Position numbers and translations under genes: made by a program
Assembly: GCA_963796965.1 (NCBI GenBank)
Contig: CAWCNS010000016.1
Coordinates: 96,001 to 160,000 of the forward strand
Source of the DNA: Calditrichia bacterium
Lineage (GTDB): Bacteria; Calditrichota; Calditrichia; JAJRVZ01
Direction of reading: 5' to 3'
DNA: 64,000 nucleotides
In this document: positions 54,017-64,000 of the stretch, in pieces
Position numbering within the stretch: the first letter of the stretch is position 1
How the letters are laid out: the number at the start of each line of letters is the position of its first letter
Notes under the pieces: generated by a model
Told to the model about the DNA's origin: nothing
Seen by the model: only the letters and a program-made list of their open reading frames with translations
Databases searched by the model: none

Positions 54017-55009
54017 ATGAAAAAATATGATCTGGCGATAATCGGAGCAGGACCTGCGGGTATTGGTTGTGCGATTTCAGCCGTAAAGAGGAAATTAAAT
54101 GTAATTATTCTGGAGAAAGGGAATATTGTCAACTCAATCATAAATTTTCCAACACAGATGTCATTTTTTTCAACAGCGACTGAACTTGAATTGCACAATC
54201 TCCCCTTTAATAGCCAGGCGCTAAAACCAGTGAGAATAGAAGCTATAAAATATTATCAGAGTCTTATCTCATTTTTTGAAATTCCGGTTGAAACAGGGAC
54301 GAAAGTTAAAGAGATTGTTAAAACAGATGACCGTTTTTTAATAAATTTTCAGAAAAATGATCAGGCATTACAGGTAGAATGTTCAAAATTAATAATAGCG
54401 ACGGGTTTTTATGATACTCCCAATAAACTCAATATTCCGGGAGAAGATTTAGATCATGTCTCTCATTATTACCGCGAACCGTTTCAGCATTTTAATCAGG
54501 ATGTTGTTGTTGTAGGCGGTAAAAATTCTGCAGTAGAAGCTGCATTGGATTTGCACCGTCATGGTGCACGCGTACATCTGATACATCGTCGCAACGAAAT
54601 AAAGGAAAGCGTTAAATACTGGGTGTTACCGGATATCAGAAACAGAATTGCGGAGGGTAGCATAAAAGTTTCGCTCGAATCTGAACTAAGCCGGATTAAT
54701 GCATCGCAGATTGAGGTAAATAATAATGGTACAAGAAATATATTTCCCGCCGATGCCGTATATTTGTTAACCGGCTACTATCCCAATCCAAGTTTGTTGG
54801 ATCAATGCGGTATTGATTATAATCCTGAGAATCTTGAACCAAAGATTAATCCTCATTCACTCGAATCAAATGTGGGGGGTATATACCTTGCCGGGTCCAT
54901 TATTGCCGGCAGGAATGCGAATAAAATATTTATTGAGAACTCAAGGGAACATGGTGAGAAAATTCTTTCAGATATAGAAAATAAAATAGAGAATCTATCC
55001 TCCCGATAG
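54017..55009 (+). CDS. ypdA: YpdA-family bacillithiol disulfide reductase
   Basis: GAGPAG, FPTQMSFFST, ATGFYD, VSHYY, GGKNSA, VKYWVLPDIRNRI, FIENSREH. Confidence 0.88.
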   Translation: MKKYDLAIIGAGPAGIGCAISAVKRKLNVIILEKGNIVNSIINFPTQMSFFSTATELELHNLPFNSQALKPVRIEAIKYYQSLISFFEIPVETGTKVKEIVKTDDRFLINFQKNDQALQVECSKLIIATGFYDTPNKLNIPGEDLDHVSHYYREPFQHFNQDVVVVGGKNSAVEAALDLHRHGARVHLIHRRNEIKESVKYWVLPDIRNRIAEGSIKVSLESELSRINASQIEVNNNGTRNIFPADAVYLLTGYYPNPSLLDQCGIDYNPENLEPKINPHSLESNVGGIYLAGSIIAGRNANKIFIENSREHGEKILSDIENKIENLSSR

Positions 55010-55052
55010 TTGACACCTTACTATAAATCATATATATTGATTAAAGCGATAT

Positions 55053-55730
55053 ATGGAAAATTTATATATAGGGCTCCTCGGTAGTCTCCTGATATTGGAT
55101 ACAACCGTTGCCTTTCAATTTTTAATTTCACAACCACTTATTGCATGTACATTGCTTGGCTGGTTTTTGGGAGATGCCCAGTTGGGAATGCAAATTGGGA
55201 TCTATCTTCAATTACTATGGCTGAGTAGTATTCCTGTTGGTGCTGCCATTATTCCAGAAGGTAATGTCGCTGCAATAATAATTACAGCTCTGGTTTTAAG
55301 ATACAACCAGGATTATGTGAACTTTAATACCGTTCTGATATGCGCTCTGTTGTTTGGTGTTCTTGTTAGCTATTTCGGTGGTCAATTGGTTGTCTTCTTT
55401 AGAAAGTCAAATCATTATTTTTTAAAGAAAGTTTTGTCTTTCGCCAGAAGGGGTAATTTGTCCACCTTGACTCTTATAAACTATCTGGCTTTAGTATTCC
55501 ACTATCTATTGATGTTTATATTAATATTTCTTGCCATGTATGTTGGTGATTTTATTTTTAAATATGTTATAAATATCCCCTTGGATTGGGATAAATATTT
55601 TAAATATAGTGTTATGGCATTAATCGGAATTGGAGCTGGTTTGATGTTATCGATGTACAAAGAACGGAAAAATTTACTTCTTTTGGGTGTGGGGCTAATC
55701 TCAGGCTACATATTTTTCTTATTAAAATGA
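55053..55730 (+). CDS. PTS mannose-family IIC component
   Basis: QFLISQPLI, LQLLWLSSIPVGAAIIP; multi-TM. Confidence 0.85.
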   Translation: MENLYIGLLGSLLILDTTVAFQFLISQPLIACTLLGWFLGDAQLGMQIGIYLQLLWLSSIPVGAAIIPEGNVAAIIITALVLRYNQDYVNFNTVLICALLFGVLVSYFGGQLVVFFRKSNHYFLKKVLSFARRGNLSTLTLINYLALVFHYLLMFILIFLAMYVGDFIFKYVINIPLDWDKYFKYSVMALIGIGAGLMLSMYKERKNLLLLGVGLISGYIFFLLK

Positions 55731-56504
55731 AATCGACAAAAAAATTAGGACCAATGGTCTTCATCGATATATTCTTTCGTTCTTTTTTTATCCAGGCTGT
55801 CTGGAATTACCAGAGTATGATCTCTATTGGTTTTTGTTTTGCTCTGGCTCCGGTTGCTAAGAAGACTATTTAAGGATAGTGCAAGACGTAGTGCTTTTAT
55901 AAACCGTCATCTAAACTTTTTTAACGCGCATCCCTATTTCTCATCATTTGCTCTTGGTGCTATTGCCAAAGTAGAATATGATCTTTATCAGGAAGAAAAT
56001 GATGATTTTTACAAACTTGACCGATTGAAAAATGCACTGATTGGACCTCTGGGTGCAATAGGTGACCAGCTAGTATGGGCGACAATTAAACCAGCCTCTA
56101 TATTGATCGGTATGTTGGGAGTCATGTTATTACCTGAATTTCATGTAAAAATAATATTCTTAGTGGTACTACTGGCTTTATATAATATTCCTCATATATA
56201 TATCCGAATTTTTGGCCTTATAAAGGGATATATAGCCGGCTTTGAGATTTATAAGTTATTAAATCTTGAGAACTTTAAGACGGTGCGGAACATTTATGGA
56301 GGGTTTGGCGCGGTAGCTCTTGGGACTATATTTTCTTATTCGTTTTTTGAAAGTGGTAGCTCTGATATTATATATGCAATCGTATTCATTATTTGTTTTT
56401 TTGCAGCGTATTATTACAAAAAATGGCGCCAATCTGTATACAGGAGTCTTGCATTTCCTGTTTTGCTCGCCTTTCTAATTGGGATTATTATAGAGAATTT
56501 ATGA
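55727..56504 (+). CDS. PTS mannose-family IID component, frameshift ~55827
   Basis: ATGA overlap; RSFFIQAVWNY / RHLNFFNAHPY, GPLGAIGD. Confidence 0.88.
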
Positions 56505-56773
56505 TAGAGCAGAGTCTGACAATAACAAATAAGCATGGTCTTCATGCCCGTCCAGCAGCTCAGTTCGTAAAAATTGCTGGTAAATTTACTTCTGATATTA
56601 AAGTCATAAAAGACGGTTTGGAGGTAAATGGCAAGAGCATCATGGGTATCATGATGCTGGCTGCCGAACCAGGGAGCGAAATAATTATAAACGTTGATGG
56701 AGAGGATGAAAAAGAAGCATTTGAAGCGCTGAGCGATTTGATCATTCAGAAATTCTATGAAGATGAAAAATAA
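56501..56773 (+). CDS. ptsH: Phosphocarrier protein HPr
   Basis: GLHARPA, VNGKSIMG. Confidence 0.96.
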   Translation: MIEQSLTITNKHGLHARPAAQFVKIAGKFTSDIKVIKDGLEVNGKSIMGIMMLAAEPGSEIIINVDGEDEKEAFEALSDLIIQKFYEDEK

Positions 56774-58539
56774 ACAGATAAGGCATGTGAAGAAAGAAGT
56801 CCGCCTGGAGGTGCTTTCAGTAGTTCCCGGTTTGGCAATGGGACCGGCTTATCATTTTAGAAAGTTATCATTTGAGATTGATGATCTTAATTATCCCATT
56901 GATAGTATTGAGGGGGAGATTGAGAGATTTCAACATGCCTGTATTAAAACTGCGAATTTTCTTAAGAAAACCAAGCAGCTTAGTAGTGCGATTTATGATG
57001 AACAGTTTCTGGAAATTTTTGAAAGTCAGATTGCACTCCTGGAAGATCAAATATTTCTTAAAGAGATAGAAAACTTTATTCGAGAGAATAAAAACTCAGC
57101 TGCATTTGCCGTGTTTACCGTATTCCGTGAAAAGATGGATTATTTCATGGGGCTTGATAATGAATATTTTCGCGAAAGATCCATGGATATTCAGGATCTT
57201 AAGCATAAGATATTACATGCCATATTTGGTGTCGGAACCGAGTATCAAATATCAATTCCGTCGGTTATATTTGCAGAATATCTCTCACCCTCGGATACGA
57301 TTCATTTTAACAGAAACCTGATTTTGGGATTTGTCACCGATACAGGAGGAAAGACTTCACATGCGGCTATTCTGGCACGCTCGTTAAACTTACCCTATGT
57401 AATTAATAATCAATCTCTATCGAAGATTGTCCAAACCGATGATTTTGTAATTATTGATGCTTATTCAGGCCAAATGATCGTTAATCCAACCCCCAAAACC
57501 ATTGAATCCTACAAGGTATTAAAGAAAAAATATATCGACATTGATCTCACTCTAAAAGAGGAAGCGGGTTTACCCGCCAGAAGTCTTGACGGCGTTGAAA
57601 TTGATGTACTCGCCAACGTGGAATTTTTAAATGAGCTACCTGATGTTCATAGTCATGGATCCAATGGGATTGGTCTCTTCCGAACGGAAGGGATTTTTTT
57701 GGAAAAAGATGGTCTACCAAATGAGGAAGAGCAATATCAAATTTACAAGCGTGTTTCCGAAGAAATGGGTGAGAAACCAGTCATTCTTAGATCCCTCGAT
57801 GCTGGAGGGGATAAGGTCCTGAAAGATATCGATCAACCCGAAGAACAAAATCCGTTCTTGGGTTGGCGGGCTATACGGTTTTGCCTGGATGAGCGTGATA
57901 TTTTCAAAACACAATTAAGGGCAATATTAAGAGCCAATATAAGCGGCAATCTGAAACTATTGTTGCCGATGGTGTCGTGCTTGAGGGAAATCAAGGAATC
58001 AAAAAAGATTTTAGAAGAGGTGAAAAATGAATTGCGGCGCAATGGAAGTGAATTCAGGGAGAAGATAGAGTTGGGTATTATGATCGAAATTCCAGCTGCC
58101 GCAATTATGTCAGATATTTTCGCTCAAGAAGTGGATTTTTTGAGTTTTGGAACCAACGATTTAACACAATATACCCTTGCTGTTGACCGTACAAACCAAA
58201 AAATTGCCAGACTTTTTAATGATATGCATCCTGCCATACTAAGATTAATGCAAATGACGATTAATAATGCACATAACCTGAATAAAGAAATAAGTATTTG
58301 TGGGGAACTCGCGGCCAATCCAACTGCTATACCGGTGTTAATCGGTCTTGGCTTAAGAAAGACTGAGTATGAGTCCTTTTATGATTCCCAGGATAAAAAA
58401 AATAATACGATCATTTAATGTCTCTGATTGTGAGTCTCTTGTAAATCACCTATTAACGTTGCCTTCAGCGCTTCAGATAATTGAAGAAACAACAAGATTC
58501 TTTAATGATAAGATTACAAATAAAGATTTATTAATCTAA
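56763..58539 (+). CDS. ptsI: PTS enzyme I, frameshift ~58362
   Basis: GGKTSHAAI, GIGLFRTE, NPFLGWR, GTNDLTQY, CGELA; tail LSMSP..LLI* in the shifted frame. Confidence 0.95.
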
Positions 58540-58555
58540 AGGAGAGCAAATAAGT

Positions 58556-59597
58556 ATGTATTCAGTCGATAAAGAAAATTTTAAACAATATCTATTGAGT
58601 TTTCCTGAGCAGATTGCTGGCAGTCAAAAAATCTTTAATGCAAGTAAGATTAATCTTAAGACGGATTCTATTAGAAATATAATTTACCTGGGGATGGGGG
58701 GCTCCGCTATTGCCGGGGATATTATATCAGATGTATTATTCGATCAATTAAGTTTTCCAATTCAAGTCGTCAGAGGGTATCATATCCCTGCCTCATGTTC
58801 TGATTCTACGCTGGTAATTGCTTCAAGTTACTCCGGAAACACAGAGGAAACTTTACAGGCTGTGGGAGAGGCAAAGAAAAAAGGGGCCCAGGTTATAGCT
58901 ATCACCTCCGGCGGTGAGATGCAAAAGTTAGCTGAAAAAAGCAAATGGCCAATGCTGTCATTACCGGAAGGTTATCCTCCACGCCAAGCCTTCGGCTACC
59001 TGTTCTTTCTCGCTCTTCAGACTATATTGAAAGCAATAGGGAAAGATATAAGTGCGGATGATTTTAGGCAGATTATTCATATGACCGAATTGATAATATT
59101 TAATAATGATGAGGAGACAGCTCCTGGAAAGGTTTTTGCTAAAGACCTGGCCATCAAGGTGAAAAATAAAATCCCGATTATATATTCTTCTGCACCATTT
59201 TTATCGAGCGTGGCAACACGTTGGAAAAACCAGTTCCAGGAAAACTCAAAGTCCATGGCATTTAGTAATGTTATTCCTGAAATGAATCATAACGAAATTG
59301 TTGGTTGGGAGATGAGCCATAAAACTCTTGATGACTATATTGTCGTGTTTTTGGAAAAACCTGATGAAAATCCTAAAATAAAAGCGCGTATTCAGCTGAC
59401 AAAAAATATTATCCATGACAGAGGAACTGAGATTGTTGAAGTCTATTCACAAGGCCAGACTGCAATTGAACATGTCATTTCTTTAATCAGTATTTCCGAT
59501 TGGACTAGTCTATTATCTAGCTCTATTATATGAAAAGGATCCGGCAAGTATTGTAAATATAGATTATCTGAAAGGCGAATTAAAAAAACAATCCTGA
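58556..59597 (+). CDS. Bifunctional phosphoglucose/phosphomannose isomerase, frameshift ~59508
   Basis: GMGGSAIAG, SSYSGNTEET, RWKNQFQENSK, PEMNHNEI; tail DPASIVNIDYLK. Confidence 0.92.
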
Positions 59598-59657
59598 GTT
59601 GGGATGAAATAGATTATGCAGTAAATTAGATGAAATAAAATTATGGAGAGGATACAG

Positions 59658-60797
59658 ATGGCAGAGTATATATTTAGTTCAGAATCAGTGACGGAGGGAC
59701 ATCCGGATAAAGTTGCCGATCAGATTTCAGATGCAATTCTAGATGCGGTTCTAAAAGAAGATCCTTTTGGAAGAGTTGCTTGTGAGACTTTTGTAACGAC
59801 TGGTCTGACACTAGTAGGTGGCGAGATTACCACAAAGTGTTATGTTGATATTCCGGCTACGGCACGACAAGTTATAAAGGAAATAGGTTATGTAGATGCA
59901 AAATATGGATTTGATTATGAAACCTGTGCGGTACTAACCTCCCTTGACCAGCAGTCATCTGATATTGCCATGGGTGTAGATAAAGCAGGGGCAGGTGACC
60001 AGGGAATGATGTTTGGCTATGCAACGCGGGAAACACCAGAATTTATGCCTTTACCAATTCACCTAGCCCATCAGGTTACAAAACAATTAGCAAAATGCAG
60101 AAAATCGGGAGAAATTCCTTTTCTTAGACCTGATGGTAAGTCACAGGTCTCAGTTAAATATGTCGATAAGAAACCGGTTTCCGTAGAAAGTGTTGTCGTA
60201 TCGACGCAGCATGAGCCGGATGTTGATATTAAAACGATTGAAAAAGAAGTTATTGAAAAAGTTATAAATAAAAGCATTCCGAAAGATCTGATTAAAAACG
60301 GAAATGTGCGTTATCTAATTAACCCTACGGGTAGATTTGTAATTGGCGGTCCCCTGGGTGATGCCGGATTAACCGGAAGGAAAATAATTGTAGATACCTA
60401 TGGCGGTGCATATTCACATGGTGGGGGCGCGTTTTCAGGTAAGGATCCTACCAAAGTTGACCGATCTGCCTCATATTTTGCCCGTTATGTGGCTAAAAAT
60501 ATTGTCGCTGCAGGTCTGGCCGATCGTTGTGGTCTTCAGGTGGCCTATGCCATTGGTGTTGCCGAACCGATATCTTTGATGGTTGAAACCTTTGGGACAG
60601 GTAAAATTGAGGACAGCAAACTCTCAGAGTTGTTACTAAAAACCTTTGATTTTACACCGGGTGGTATCATTGAATCTTTGCAGTTACGGAACCCAATTTA
60701 CCGTATTACTGCGGCTTACGGTCATTTTGGCCGTACAGAGAAAGAATTTACCTGGGAAAAAACGGATCGGGTGAAAGATCTCCTAAAAAACGTCTAG
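59658..60797 (+). CDS. metK: S-adenosylmethionine synthetase
   Basis: [26 protein letters not shown]. Confidence 0.98.
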   Translation: MAEYIFSSESVTEGHPDKVADQISDAILDAVLKEDPFGRVACETFVTTGLTLVGGEITTKCYVDIPATARQVIKEIGYVDAKYGFDYETCAVLTSLDQQSSDIAMGVDKAGAGDQGMMFGYATRETPEFMPLPIHLAHQVTKQLAKCRKSGEIPFLRPDGKSQVSVKYVDKKPVSVESVVVSTQHEPDVDIKTIEKEVIEKVINKSIPKDLIKNGNVRYLINPTGRFVIGGPLGDAGLTGRKIIVDTYGGAYSHGGGAFSGKDPTKVDRSASYFARYVAKNIVAAGLADRCGLQVAYAIGVAEPISLMVETFGTGKIEDSKLSELLLKTFDFTPGGIIESLQLRNPIYRITAAYGHFGRTEKEFTWEKTDRVKDLLKNV

Positions 60798-60898
60798 TAG
60801 AGATTTATTCTGGGTGGTTTGTAATAAAATTTAAATAAATTACCTATGTTCTTGTTTCAAACATTTCAAATTCTTCTGATTCATGGGTAATAAGAGAA

Positions 60899-60944
60899 TA
60901 AAAAAAGAGACAGATTTTCTTAATTGACCATCTGTCTTTTTTTT
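60899..60944. terminator. Probable intrinsic terminator after metK
   Basis: AAAAAAAGAGACAGAT..ATCTGTCTTTTTTTT. Confidence 0.7.
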
Positions 60945-61181
60945 ATAGTTAATTTTCCCTGCCATTATTTATAATCTTATTGTTTTATTACTATTCTCTG
61001 CCTATAAAATGCAAAAGGACCTTCTTAATTCCAAGAAAGTCGAAGCAGAGGCCAGTAAGAATTCAATAAAACCTGCCCAGTAATATCTTTTTTATATTAT
61101 GAAATTGCTGCACCATTGATTTGTGTAGTACGGAAGATTTGATTGATAAACTGTATACAAAACTAAAATGGAGTGTGTGTT

Positions 61182-62048
61182 ATGGATTCAACTAAATGGA
61201 AATTTGTGATCATATATATGCTCTTCGTCTTATCTGTTACAGCCTTAGCACAGGATAATGAAGAAGAGAAGGAGTTAGGCTGGTTTTTTACTGCTGAAGT
61301 TGCCGGATTATGGACTGGTGGCAACTCTGAATCCAGAACGATGGGTTTATCAACTACTATAAAACAAATATGGCCGAAATCGGCACTAAAATTTAATCTT
61401 GGTGGAACCGACACAAAATCCAGTCTTACTACAAGATCGGCCGTAGGAACCAGTGAAGATTATTCAATAAGTGAAGTAAAAAAAACAGAACAGACGGCAG
61501 AATTATTTTTTGCACGGGGTCGATACGATTTCAAGATTAGCAAACGATTTTATATGCTAGGTGGCGTCGATTGGTTGAGAAATAGATTTGCCGGTATAGA
61601 TAGCCGTCTTCTGTTTGTGATCGGTGCAGGGAATAATTGGATTGACAACGATCAAATGCGTTTTGAGACAGATTACGGTTTTACATATACATTTCAGGAT
61701 GATATTATCGAGAATCCTTTTTTAGCCACTAAATTCCCGGGTGTGCGGATTGCTTATGACTTCTGGTGGAAACTGACTGCGTCGACCGAATTTTCTAGTT
61801 ATATAACTGTCGACTGGAATATGGATAACACAGATGATGTTAGGATTGATTTTACCAATGCGCTGCCGATTGCTATCAGCGAAACATTTTCGCTAAAACC
61901 CTCACTTCAGCTGTTATGGCGGAATGATCCCGCATTAACCGAGGTTGAATTGCAAGCACCAGACGGCACACCAACTAGTGAGAAAGTGTATACACCGCTG
62001 CAAAAGCTGGATACACTTTTTAGTTTAACTCTTGTCCTCAGCATTTGA
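61182..62048 (+). CDS. DUF481-like outer-membrane beta-barrel protein
   Basis: Signal peptide, TGGNSES, RNRFAGIDSR..GAG, amphipathic strands. Confidence 0.75.
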   Translation: MDSTKWKFVIIYMLFVLSVTALAQDNEEEKELGWFFTAEVAGLWTGGNSESRTMGLSTTIKQIWPKSALKFNLGGTDTKSSLTTRSAVGTSEDYSISEVKKTEQTAELFFARGRYDFKISKRFYMLGGVDWLRNRFAGIDSRLLFVIGAGNNWIDNDQMRFETDYGFTYTFQDDIIENPFLATKFPGVRIAYDFWWKLTASTEFSSYITVDWNMDNTDDVRIDFTNALPIAISETFSLKPSLQLLWRNDPALTEVELQAPDGTPTSEKVYTPLQKLDTLFSLTLVLSI

Positions 62049-62206
62049 TGAAAGTTGTACGCCCTTTGCATTTGAGAAATTGGGATTCAATTAAAGATTT
62101 TTACATCATTTTCATAGGTAGGTTTTGTGTGTATGCGGTCAGGCGCTAAGTAATTAAAAGAAGGTTATAAATAAGAGTGAAGAAAAGATAAACTATTAAT
62201 AGACAG

Positions 62207-63538
62207 TTACATGCCATTGCCTCTGCGGTATTGTCTGAGATAATATCTCATAAATATATTTTCAATTTCTAACTCCTTGTCAGACTTTATCGATTTGGTA
62301 CGAATCTCGATGATATCCGCTAAGGTATATGGTTCCAGAATTTTCAATTCACTTAAATCCATCTCATCATTATGGCCATACTCAAGGATAATTATTAATT
62401 TATCCAGGCTTATAAATTTAAAGTTATATACCACATAAGGTTCAAAAGCCGCTCCGGTATCTGTCTCAATGATCCCCATTACTTTATCTAATTCTATACG
62501 GTCCTGATAAGGCTTGCGGGAGGTCAGGGCATCAAAGGCATCGGCTACGGCCAGAATCTTTCCTCCAAGCGGTATATCATCTCCCCTCAAGTTTTCCGGA
62601 TAACCCTTTCCATCGATCCGTTCATGATGACTGGCTGCTATTTCCGGAATATCTTTATATTTTTTCATAAAATGAATTTTCTGAAGAATGCTCTTAGTGA
62701 GATTAGCATGTCTTTTGATCATTTCATACTCGTCTTCAGAAAGTTTTCTATCTTTTAACAAGATGACTTCTGGTATTCCGATTTTACCAATATCATGCAG
62801 GAGTCCCGCATAACGGATAACTTCCCGTTGTTCCGGATCGAGTTTCATAAGACGTGCTATTTCGGAAGCATAAAGGGTGACGCGACGTGAATGACCAGCG
62901 GTAATATAGTCTCTGGTATCTAATGTTGCTGAAAGGGCCTCTACGAAACTTGTAAATGATTTTTTTTGTTCTGTGTAGAGTTGAGAATTTTCTATTGCAG
63001 ACGCAGCAATAGAAGTTATTGCAGCCAGAATTTCTTCATTTTCCTTTGTGAAGCGTCCCTGTTTTCGGTTGAGAACCTGAAATACACCATTGGTTTGGTT
63101 AAAGCGGTTCTTCATGGGCATTGTGAGGATAGATTTTGTTATATAACCTGTCTTTTTGTCAATCTCTGGATTAAAACGGGTATCATTGTAGGCATTTGGT
63201 ATATTAATTGTCTCACCAGTTGTAAAAACAGTACCGGCGATACCTTTATCGGCAGGAAAACGAATTTCTTCTTTTAAACCATAAGACATCCTCGACCATA
63301 GTTCATTATTTTCCTCATCAAACAGGAATATTGTACATCTTTCGGCATTAAGGATAGTTCTAACTTCATTGATTATTTTTGCCAATAGCGTATCAAGATT
63401 GATTTCCGCTGAGAGAATTTTTGCAATTCCCAGTAAGGATTTCAATCGCTCCTGTTCATTCTTCAGGCGGGTTATCTGACTTTTCAGTTTAGAATCACCT
63501 GAGGATGTTGAACTTTTATCTTTAGTCGAGTTCCTCAT
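62207..63538 (-). CDS. GAF + HD-GYP cyclic-dinucleotide phosphodiesterase
   Basis: GAF; TAGHSRRV, LLHDIGK, HHERIDGKGYP, VADAFDAL. Confidence 0.93.
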   Translation of the reverse strand: MRNSTKDKSSTSSGDSKLKSQITRLKNEQERLKSLLGIAKILSAEINLDTLLAKIINEVRTILNAERCTIFLFDEENNELWSRMSYGLKEEIRFPADKGIAGTVFTTGETINIPNAYNDTRFNPEIDKKTGYITKSILTMPMKNRFNQTNGVFQVLNRKQGRFTKENEEILAAITSIAASAIENSQLYTEQKKSFTSFVEALSATLDTRDYITAGHSRRVTLYASEIARLMKLDPEQREVIRYAGLLHDIGKIGIPEVILLKDRKLSEDEYEMIKRHANLTKSILQKIHFMKKYKDIPEIAASHHERIDGKGYPENLRGDDIPLGGKILAVADAFDALTSRKPYQDRIELDKVMGIIETDTGAAFEPYVVYNFKFISLDKLIIILEYGHNDEMDLSELKILEPYTLADIIEIRTKSIKSDKELEIENIFMRYYLRQYRRGNGM

Positions 63539-63710
63539 AATCTATATCTTGAATGTTATTTCTATCTTGATGGTGATCTGGCTTTTTTGATTGACCCTGA
63601 ACATGTTTATTTGAAGGACCTGCCTGAATAAAGCCTTTTATCACTTTGAATATGAAATAGCCAATAAGAAAAAGAAAAATTAATCTAAATAAGCCCATTA
63701 ATACACTCAA
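63522..63710 (-). CDS. Small single-TM hypothetical protein
   Basis: GLFRLIFLFLIGYFIFK..IQDIDYEEL; overlaps both neighbours. Confidence 0.7.
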   Translation of the reverse strand: MSVLMGLFRLIFLFLIGYFIFKVIKGFIQAGPSNKHVQGQSKKPDHHQDRNNIQDIDYEELD

Positions 63711-64000
63711 ATTTTATGTGGAATATAATATCTTGTACCGGCTGTATGCTGGTTTATTTCATATAATATATCCTGATAGTCACTTTCATTATGAACAAAA
63801 TCCAGATCATCTGTATTGATAACCAGGAGTGGGGTATCGCTATAATGAAAAAAGAATTTATTATACAACTCATTGAGAGCCTGAATGTACTCCAAAGTGA
63901 TACCTTTTTCCATTTTTCTCCCACGTTTTCGGATAAATTCCATCAAGTGGTTTGTGGAAGATTGTAAATAAATGACAAGGTCTGCTTTAACGATATCTTT
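63707..64000 (-). CDS. Deoxynucleoside kinase, 3' part (truncated by window edge)
   Basis: KADLVIYLQSS..IRKRGRKME..YIQALNELY..PLLVINTDDLDFV. Confidence 0.88.
   Translation of the reverse strand, partial: KDIVKADLVIYLQSSTNHLMEFIRKRGRKMEKGITLEYIQALNELYNKFFFHYSDTPLLVINTDDLDFVHNESDYQDILYEINQHTAGTRYYIPHKI

Overview
A 64 kb AT-rich window from a diderm bacterium. lpxB, a PorZ-like propeller, T9SS-type C-terminal tails and the PTS IIC/IID-ptsH-ptsI-pgi/pmi-metK order suggest an FCB-related lineage such as Calditrichota (inference). The housekeeping backbone includes ribH, khpA, rpmA-rplU-rng-radical SAM, an RsmF-like methyltransferase, a cysteine desulfurase, tRNA-Leu, yciH, lpxB, recN, mrp, ypdA, PTS genes and metK. 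About 16 genes, including core ones, carry single-base frameshifts, which are most likely assembly indel errors. Highlights: (1) A locus of about 9.5 kb (27.8-37.2 kb) encodes an ECF sigma, a soluble HxxxCxxC anti-sigma, a membrane TPR protein, an M64-like metallopeptidase, an Ig-domain membrane protein, a TPR-CHAT caspase-like lipoprotein, a small membrane protein and a Ser/Thr kinase. A shared bipartite motif, TTTGAGAGAA-N16-CTCT, links the two ends of the locus. (2) A GxxExxY (PD-(D/E)XK-like) gene is enclosed by 37-bp terminal inverted repeats built from 9-mers. A gene-less element of the same repeat family lies 7 kb away, and there are several more gene-less IR elements made of 7-, 8- and 9-mers. 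(3) A kinase-propeller / GAF sigma54-activator / propeller-lipoprotein module has a clear -24/-12 promoter and a palindromic enhancer. (4) A RAYT transposase carries a REP-like palindrome inside its ORF, with matching extragenic REPs. (5) A zinc phospholipase C-like domain is fused to a probable beta-barrel. (6) Three orphan T9SS C-terminal-tail remnants lie in intergenic DNA.
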